Positions 37,169 through 46,868 of a stretch of 64,000 nucleotides of DNA are shown one piece after another (the first letter of the stretch is position 1; each line of letters begins with the position of its first letter). Under the pieces are notes generated by a model. The model was not told where the DNA came from, searched no databases, and saw only the letters and a list, made by a program, of their open reading frames with translations. Location: the NCBI GenBank assembly GCA_904063045.1, contig CAJFCJ010000004.1:55578-119577 (forward strand), given 5' to 3'. Made by a program: the position numbers and the translations under genes. The DNA is from Dimorphilus gyrociliatus (taxonomy: Eukaryota > Animalia > Annelida).

Positions 37169-40100
37169 TTATGAAATATTCCACCCTCGAGATTTTAAAA
37201 TCCAGCTATTTAATAGGTTAAAGTCAACATTTTCTCTTAGCCTACTACTTCTATGGACTAGGTCATCCTTCAGAGTTTCTACGACATTGGTCATTCTTTT
37301 CATTAAGTTCTCTCTTGAAAACTCATTCTGAAGAAAATTGCACATAATATGATATATGTATAGGTTTATAAATGTATTAAAAGGTATACTTCTAAAGGTT
37401 CTAATCTGATTCGCATAATTGTTTCTCTAAGTTCTCCTGAGCATCGCACATTCGGTGTTAGATTTTTCATCATTCTCTGGCAAGCGTCAGTTTTGTGAAG
37501 GATTTGATAGAATAATTTTCTCTCCTTGGATTCATCGTTACCGTATCTTCTTCTCTCAAGATGTTTTAAACGTTTTGTAATTAAGCCCAAATATTGTCTA
37601 ATAGCGTTTTCGCATATAAAACTTCTTCGGTGAGCAGCTAATTCTCTCCAAAGGTCAGTTTCATAAATGTGAGAATCGGTAAAGAGAATCTTAACGGGAT
37701 AAAAATTTTCAATTAAGTGTCCACAGAACATTTTAAAAGTATTAATAACCTCTAATATAACTACACTACATTTCCATAGCATTTCACAGAAAAGGCGAAT
37801 TTCATAGGCTCCATATTCAACTAGCTTATCCTTACCCCTTTCCTCCTTGCTTTCATTCCAATACGATAAACTCGATACTACATTCTACAAAGAAGAAAAA
37901 AATCGTCAGACAGATTGAGACTATGTCTCTAAGAAATAATATATCACAGAAAGTAGGTTAGAGTAGCACAAATAAAGAACGTTGAACTATAAGAGTTACT
38001 TAGATGATTGAGGAAACTTTTTCAGATGCATATCAACGATAATCAATAAATCGCAAAGAAAAAAGTGTAATATAAAATGACATATATGCCTTTGTATCTT
38101 CGACATAAACGATTATGTAGTCTTCGTCGCTATTTTTGGTATGAAGGTTGTACATGAAGCTGCCAGCTCGTGCAATTAGAATGACCTTGTCGGGACGAAT
38201 ATGAGAGACTCCTAATCTGTGGCACAGTTCCTTTACTTGGCCTAAATCAGAGTTTACCGGGCCTAAGTATCATAAACAAATTATATTATACAAGTGTAAT
38301 TTTGATATGACTTTAATGACGTACGAGTATCTAAATTCATAGTTTTGGTTCGAGTTGACCCAAGCCAATTTGATAAAAAGTCAGTATAACTTGTACTCAA
38401 ATCGGTTATAGCAAACTTTTTGTCTAAATTTTCTTTCCATTTCATTAAAATATCAAAAAGTTTCTCATCAGCAGATTCATTTATATGCTAAATTATTCAC
38501 TTTAATTAATTACAATGAGGAGAAAATTATTAAATATATCATACTTCAAACGTATACAATTCACTCATCATCTCTAAGGCAAATTTTGCCTCCTCACACA
38601 AACTTTTATCCTCCCCTACTACTTTAGCATCGCTTCCGTTTAAAACACATTCGACGTAGTATAATAATCTGAAAGTAGAGGTTATTATTTGGTATTCAGA
38701 GTGTTTTTATTCATTAATATAAAGACATACGAGTGCGCGCATACTAGTACAAAATACAATTAATTGTAATTTAATAAATTAGTCAATATAAATTAGAAAT
38801 ATTTATAAAAGAAATAATAATAATAAAAAGAATATCAACTAGACTTGTTAATGTTTCTGGTGTACGATTATGAGTTCTCTTATAATATATTCTTTTAATT
38901 TATAATTAACAAACTTTTGTTAATTGTTTTTGATAGATAATAAACTAGTATATAAATGATAATTAGTTAGTATTTTTACTTGAAACTATCGCTAAAGGTT
39001 TGTAGTGTGGTTGATCTTCTCAAACAAAATTTTTTTCCCTTCTTCGCACCAACTTGACCGCAACTTTGCATTAAGCATCGTTTTATGAAGTCCTTATTTT
39101 TAACTGTAAATAAAACATTACATATTTATAGACAGTATTATCTAATGTATTGTTTTGTTCATTCATATCCTGATTATATGTATACTATTTATCTATTTTA
39201 CAGCATATATATATATATGTATATGCCTTTTATAGTTAACTTCACAAAGCTTCCTGTCACGATGATAACTATTGAATTTTTTCTTCTTGGACGAATCACA
39301 CTAATAGCGATTCCATGGAAACATATTAATTATTGATCTATTAAGTTACTTTATCAATATAATAACTTTAATTTATAATTATAATTTGATTAGTCAAACT
39401 ACACTTATTATTAAATATATCTCTTACCAAAAGATATATTGCAGTTCATTAATTCTTCAAATTGTTTTGAACAGTATAAAGTACATTGTGGTGATCTTAA
39501 AGATTTCTCAACTATTTCGACGAATCGAGCTTTGCCAGTATTAAGAAAATGAGCAAAATGAAATAAATCGCAAGCGTATAACCATTCCTAAATATTTTAA
39601 GAATATAAAATGATATCATATTAATACAATTAATTAAATTCTCTTTAAGTACCATATCAAACACATCATACTTTTCTCTATTATGCCTATTCATAAAGGA
39701 AAAAAAATGCTCAGGTCTCATTCGATAGACTATAATTAGTTTATTAAATTTCGTTCTTTGATTTTTCTGCTTAATACAACCAGAATACCAAGGACACCAA
39801 ATCAATCCAGCGTATAGAATCTCATCAATAGAATCTTTAAATAGTGACATGATGTTGGATAAAAACTTTTGTTTAGAGCTCTCCGACACCGCTGTTGGAA
39901 GATTTGTTATTGTTAATTGTCTTAAAGTTTCCAGTATTCCGGCGTCCGCCTGTACACCATCGAAATTTGCATAGGAACCTTCCAGACGGGATTTAATGTT
40001 ACGAGACTCTTCCAATAGCTTGAAATTTAGGTCGAAATCTATAAATATTATTGCTTTTTAATGATCTCAATTATACATTTATATTACCTCTCTTTTCTTC

Positions 40101-41685
40101 TAGATGCCTATACAATTGCTCGTGACCCTGAATAGCCAATGTTGCTGCTCTAAGAGCATTTGAATCGCATCCAGCCATAGTACTGAATAAGCTCTCTATT
40201 TGCCGAAATAGAAACAATTGATTATAAGGTACCTTTTTAAATAAAAACTATGTAATTTCTCAATCGTAAGAAATCAACAACAGTAATCTATCTAAACATT
40301 TCATCATTCTGATGAATCATTACACATCATTTATTCGTTTGATAAATAACATGGTAATCAGTGTATTTAAAGTAAAATTACCCTAAAATATTTGCAAGCT
40401 TTCTCTTGTTAACAATATGAACAATACAATTTCTGTACAAGACAAACAAATCAACAGCAACTCTTGGCGAAACATCTACACATCTCTACCAGTTTTCATA
40501 TATATATATATATATATACGAATTAGGCTGAATGAGTTTAATTAAATATATAACAATTTGATTAAAAATGGCAAGATTCTACAATCTATAATTTCATCTT
40601 ATGGGAAAAACAATATAAAGAATTAATAGCTTAATTACTTCGTCAGATAGCGTATTAATAGGTTGGAAAAAAACAAAAACAAAAAGTTGATATACAGTAC
40701 CATTTTAAACAACAAAAAAGAGAGAGATAATCCTTTTTTATATAAGTAATACTATATTAAACGAAAACAAAGAAACGTATAAAACCTATAAATGATTCAA
40801 TTCAAAAAACTTTGTAATCTAGGTTCTTTATCAGCAAAAGTATAATTCTTAACTTGAAGGTGAACTATGCGCAGAAAAAAAAATCGTGTTATTTGATAAG
40901 AAACGGTGAGTAGGTCACGATTTTTGCCTTAAATATACTTGTAAATATTACTAAACAATTCATAGTCTTTAATGAAATATTTTACATTAAAAAATGCATT
41001 AATTCTAATGGAATAATGTACGTGTTACTTTCAACTGCTCACTCTAACTGTCTCTCTTTTCATCTCTAACTTTTTATCTATCTCTATCTCTTTCTCTTTT
41101 CTACCTATTCTAAACTCATTTTCTCAAAAAAAATTATAAAACTTTTAGCTTTATTTTTAAATAAAAACAACTAGGAAATAATCTGTTTAATATCAAATAT
41201 ACAATATACTGTATGTAAGAGTTTCTCAATTGAAACATAATCATAGTCAAGTTGACAAACAGCATACAAAAAAAGAAATACGATTTTTCACATTTAGTTA
41301 TTTAATGGTACAACCCCAGTTTCAACTGAATGTTGACGATCCGTATTATCAAGTCCATCATCACCATCTAAAATGGCAAATATAAGTTAGTTTGCTATAT
41401 TTAAACTAACAAATTATTAAAATATTATTCTCAACAAACCCATTGAATTCTTTTCTGGTGTATCTTCCACTTTCTTTCCAATAGAAAGGTCGGAAAATCC
41501 TATTGATAAGCAAATAGTATATTATATATAATATATATATAAATTTTCGACAAACCTTCACTCTTTTCTTCTCGAGTTGTTTGAGCTTTATAAGCAAACT
41601 CTACTTTTTGACTTCCGTTTCTCTCTTGCTTCACCGATTTGCTTAGCTTGTATTCATTTTTTTTCTTTTTTCCAAAACATCCCAT
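37169..41685 (-). CDS. ~700-aa protein with N-terminal MGC lipidation motif and two tandem RlaP/COG3541-like Pol-beta superfamily nucleotidyltransferase domains (N-terminal degenerate, C-terminal intact)
   Basis: Exons 41685-41556, 41499-41440, 41367-~41315, 40232-40088, 40038-39653, 39587-39428, 39103-38980, 38668-38545, 38487-38325, 38262-38090, 37884-37750, 37689-37390, 37327-37169; splice phases are consistent. The junction around 41315-40233 is uncertain. Domain 2 motifs: AGSFMYNLHTKNSDEDYIIVY; EYGAYEIRLFCEML; WRELAAHRRSFICENAIRQYLG; KLFYQ..GELRETIMRIR; SRLRENVDFNLLNSWILKSR. Confidence 0.8.
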
Positions 41686-42622
41686 TATGACGAGCTTATA
41701 AAGAGAAATGAATGAATTCGATTAAGTCGAAGCACTTAAACAACTTATATGATAATATATATATGTATATTTATATGTTTATATTTATATGCGAAGAGAT
41801 ATACACTACTCAGAATATACTTTATATCCAGTAGAAATAACGCGATAAACAATTGGCCTTTCCCTTGTGTGTTGAATGAAAAAAAAAAAAAAAAGTAGGA
41901 AATTCAATACTATTTCTGATTGGTTAAAAAATTGAATTTTATAACAACAAAATCATTTTATCATACTTTATTATTTATATTCAAAATTCGATATCGCAGA
42001 TCTTTTTTTTTTTTTCACATCATAAAATTTATATAAATTGGTCTTATATATTTGTATTATAAAGTTTATTGACCCATTTATTTATATATCCATACTTACG
42101 GAAAGTTCTTTTTTCCTTTTTTAACTAATATTTTATTCAACTCACGTTTAAATTGGAATGGGAGAAGAATAACGGGGACCTGTATATATTAATTATTCAT
42201 GAGATGACATTTTTATTTAAAAAAAAAACTCATACTCTCTCAATCTCTTTATCTAATTTTATTTTATTCATTTCATTAATCATTTTACTGCTCCTTTAAA
42301 AGAAATCTAATTCTTTTATTGACAACAATAAAGCATCAAATCAATGCAAAAGGTAATAAACAGCATAGACGGATGTTTTTAAAACTGACTATATGTTTAA
42401 TCAAGATAGGAAAAAATACGGCACGAAATAAATTAAAAAACAAAAAAAGTTGAGAGAGAAAAAATGCAATTAAACAATGAGATTCAGGCATTTTTTTCTC
42501 CTTTTTTTCTCTGACTTTGTTGTTCTTTTTAAGATAACAAAAAATTGAATAAAAGATCATTCTATTTACAGATTTTCGTCTCTTCAAATGAAATTTATGG
42601 CTTTTTTTTTTCAAATATTCAT

Positions 42623-44641
42623 TTAAGAACAAAACAGTTCCATGCACATAACTGGACTTAGAGAAGCGGATTCTTTTTCAAGATCTGGATAGGGGCAGGG
42701 GTGACCGTGACAAGACCAATACAAAGCATTGCAGTGTTTGCAAAGATTAAGCAATTCGGTATAATCTTCTTTGAATCCGAAACGCCTAAGGGGGAAAAAA
42801 TAGCGTATGGATAACGTAATAAATTTAATTTCTCTTCAACTTACTTTACCAATCTCTCGTATAAACAGGACCAACGAACACTTTCGATAGTTTCATTATT
42901 TTTTAAAACTTTCGCCATTTGAACTTCGTCAAAATAGTAGACACATAAATCTCTCCAAAGTCCATCCTCCTTTGTTAAACTGGACGTTCTATCGCAAGTT
43001 TGACCCAAGTTTATAATATCTTCCCTATCACTTAATTTATACAGAATTTCTCTCATGCAGTCATCAGGTAGATCGCATAACGATGGACTCTCGTCGGTTG
43101 GCTAAAGTTAACAAAGAAGAAGTAAACAGGATAAGAAATGACTAAAAGATGAACCAAATATAGGTAATAATAATAATAAACATAGGAGGAGGAAACGAGC
43201 AGCTATACTTTAATATCACGACTCCTTGAGAAAAACGTGCGAAATCGTTCTGATTTCTCATATATGATAAATTATGTCAGCAAATTCAGCAAAAAAAATA
43301 TAAAATACTGTACTAAATAACCTATATTCTTAATAGTAAACTTAATAGAACAACAAACCGTATCTATGTGCAGTTCCTCCAAAGCAATCATCATCTGTTG
43401 TAAAGAATTCAAATGCATATTCCATAAGGAACGACTTCCAACGTGCAAGTATTTTCCCTTATTCAAGGCTTTATGTGTATCATTCAATAGAGTTTTCATT
43501 AGTTTAACATCATTTTTCGTCTGAATGACTATAAGAAATATAAAATATTTATTAATTATTGTATTAATCAATTTATACACAGAAATAATTTTTACTTTTA
43601 CCTCTTTGAACAGTTTCTTGTAAAATTTGAAAAATGCATCTTTGTGCACTTCCGCTTAAAGATGAGAATTTGTTCCTGATTATCACTTCTAGTAACTATT
43701 TTAGATAAGAAAGGACACAATTCAGACAATAAATCACATTGTATAATATTTATAGTTTCATTAATAAAATAAAAAATAGGCTTAATAAATTTTCTGGGAA
43801 AACTAAGACTTGACATACATTGTATTTTTACTTAGTAATATGGTTATTTTAGTTAAAGTTTCATTTTTCTGTCTTTCGTGTGACAGGTCGATATTACAAG
43901 CTCAACTTACCACCAGCAAGTAATTTGTGTCTATATATGTACATATTAGTGTTATGTCTAAATCCACTAGATGGAGTAAGTAATTGTTAATGTGACATAC
44001 CTTTCGAACATAGGAGAATCTCTTAATATCACGAGCTGCTCCAGACATATCAAGTTTACTAAACGCCTCAGATAGACTTGTTTGGCATTTTTGCTAAAAG
44101 AAATATTAAAAATTTTGATATAATAACTTTAAAATTCAACATAAAATATCCAATTAAAAAACGAGCGTTAAATTACCATTTAGAATAGAATGATTAGAGG
44201 GATTTTGTTCTTTTTTTTTTCAGTCTTCCATTTTTTTTATTATTAAAACTAGTTTAGACCTAAACAAATAAGTTTTTTTTCGACGTAGATGGCAACCTCT
44301 ATTACAGATACCTCATGGGGGTGAATAATAAAAATATTACCTCCTTTGTTGAATTCTTCACAATAAATATATGTGGCTGTGTTGTACAAGCAATTTGCTT
44401 ACTCTCTTCCGGATCGTACCTTTTGTAGCATCTATTAAAGTATAGAAACAAAATATAAGGTTGACATGCGTAAATTTCACTATGCCTATTGGGTAATATA
44501 AAAATTGCGAAACCTGGAAACTACGTTTTCGTTTAAATTTTCAAATATCTTCCATCTTCTTATTTTAACCTTTTCCCATCCTTTTTCAGTTTTTAGCCAT
44601 TCGTCACCGCCAGATCTCCAATCTCTTCCTAGGAACGGCAT
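42623..44641 (-). CDS. FBXO32: F-box only protein 25/32 (atrogin-1 family; invertebrate co-orthologue), multi-exon
   Basis: MPFLGRDWRSGGDEWLKTEKGW N-terminus; LCDLPDDCMREILYKLSDREDIINLG F-box; LWRDLC; C-terminal CKHCNALYW..GHPC..SLSP..LF; TAA 42623-42625. Confidence 0.92.
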
Positions 44642-45325
44642 CTTTTTGAATAAAATCTGTCTTGTTTACATCTAGTGGGTTTTGCAATATTTGTGCGATA
44701 CAATCCGTCACGTGATTAGATGAAACGACGTCGCCCATTGGTTAGCATACGTATTTTTTAAAGAAGCGAGAAGCAGATTGCTGGAATATATAATGGTGAA
44801 CTTTTATTGGACGTGAGTGTAAACATACATCACGTGATAAAATCCGAAAAAAGCCCATATATAGAAGATTGAAATTGGAATACATTCTAAATGATACCAA
44901 AAATGGTAAATAAATTATAAGCCAACTGTCTCACGGTCCTATATATAATTTCTATTTGAACAAATCAGCGGTTTATTAATCAATATGTGCATACCAAAAG
45001 AAAATCGTTTTCAAATCATTTATTCTATCAGTCAAATTAGTTTTTTCTTTACGATAAAGTTATCTATTTTTTAACTAATTTGCTTTAAACTTTCCATAGA
45101 AAATGTCAAAGTTATATTATCAACTTTGAATTGATAAAAAAAAATATGATAATGATAACTCAAGTGACGTCAGTTCGTATCAATGGTTAAACGAACTGAC
45201 AAACATCCCGCCATGTTTCTGCGTTCACCCGATAGGAGGCGTTTCTCTTAACATACGAAGAACTCATCTGGTTTTAAAATTCGGACTTTTCTTTCAAATA
45301 GTTTCTTAAACAAATACGAAAAATT
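44642..45325. promoter_or_regulatory. Candidate bidirectional promoter FBXO25/32 - AP3S with two TCACGTGA E-boxes, a forkhead core and a CRE
   Basis: GTCACGTGAT 44707-44716; ATCACGTGAT 44829-44838; GTAAACA 44819-44825; TGACGTCA 45165-45172. Function inferred. Confidence 0.5.
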
Positions 45326-46654
45326 ATGATAAAAGCAATTTTAGTCTTTAATAATCATGGAAAACCCAGGATGATGAAATTCTACCAATATTACGTTAGT
45401 TTTAAATTATATTCACCCGTTATCGCTCATGTAAACTTATTAGGCAGAAGATATGCAACAGCAAATTGTAAGAGAGACTTTTCACCTAGTATCAAAGAGA
45501 GATGATAGTGTATGTAATTTTCTAGAAGGAGGAACGTAAGTGGACATTTATTTATCCAATTCTTAAAACATTAAACATTCCCAATGGAAAACACTTGCAT
45601 CAAAGTAGCTACTAATTTTTTTCCTAACGTTATTATTTCTTCCGTCCTAAATAGATTAATAGGAGGATCAGATTTTAAGATAATCTACCGTCACTACGCA
45701 ACGTTATATTTTGTCTTTTGCGTCGATTCGTCCGAAAGTGAATTAGGAATTTTGGATTTAATACAAGTTTTCGTTGAAACGTTGGACAAGTGTTTTGAAA
45801 ATGTTTGTGAATTGGATCTTATTTTTCATGTAGATAAGGTAAACAATAACTGTATATTGAATATCTTGTCAAATTTACATTTTGAATATTTACGATACAA
45901 TATCCATATATATACTATATTTAGTATAAAAATATACATAAATTACCGATGGTAGGTCTATGCCTTACTCTCCGAAATAATAGTCGGAGGTCTTGTTTTG
46001 GAAACAAATTCAGTTGATATGCTTCAACACTATAAAGAACAAGAAAAAGATGAGCAGGTGTTTTTTTTTCCTTTTGCATGAAAAATTCCGTGTCTTATCT
46101 CCAGGGTCTTTCAGATTCTCTCTTAAGTTATATATCCAACAATAAAAAGCTCACAAACTCTCTCATTCACTCACACTCTCATACATACTTGCATATAAAA
46201 AACAATAACAAACATAAACATAAAAAGTATTTCTCTCTTATCAATTTTATTGATTTGTTTTTCGGGCGCAGGTTCATTATATTCTGTCAGAAATGGTGAT
46301 GGGTGGTATGGTACTCGAAACCAATATGACGGAAATATTAACACGAGTCAATGAACAGGATAAAATTGAAAAGGAAGAGGTTCCCCAACTTTACTATTAT
46401 TTTTATAGTCTATTTTTTTGTTCTTTCCACTGTATTTTAACATTTTCTTTTAATTTTCCTTATTTTTTGTTTTTTAAAAAAAAAAACAAAAACAAAACAA
46501 ACATTCTCCTTTAAATTTATATATCATAAAATAGGCTGGAATAACCGCAGCACCAGCAAGAGCCGTTTCAGCCGTTAAGGAAATGAATCTCCCTCAAAAG
46601 ATCAAAGATATAAAGCTACCAGAATTACCGTCGATTGGTGGATTGAAATTTTAA
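45326..46654 (+). CDS. AP3S1: AP-3 complex sigma subunit (exons 45326-45394, 45444-45535, 45655-45838, [45956-46057 or 46272-46379], 46535-46654; ~190 aa)
   Basis: MIKAILVFNNHGKPR, IYRHYATLYFVFCVDSSESELGILDLIQVFVETLDKCFENVCELDLIFHVDK, VHYILSEMVMGGMVLETN, APARAVSAVK. AP3S1/2 co-orthologue. Confidence 0.95.
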
Positions 46655-46868
46655 TTGCAATTAACTTTTCTAGTCAATAAATACTTTTTAAAGAAAGAAT
46701 TCCAAAAAGAAGATGGATGAATCAAGGATATTTTTTAAAAATATCACAGATTTAATATCCTGTGATGGAATGTAAAAAATGAACAAGTTATATTAAAATA
46801 CATACAAATTTCTTTGACGTGAGAATATGTAATTTATGAAAAAGTTTATTTATTAAAAATGAAAAAGA

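Noticed and set aside
39190-39340. Open frames (CDSSKKKKFNSYHRDRKLCE...) within the NTase gene
   Set aside because: Exon 39587-39428 joins 39103 directly in phase 1 and gives the family-like SFVKNKDFIKRC; the segment is treated as intron.
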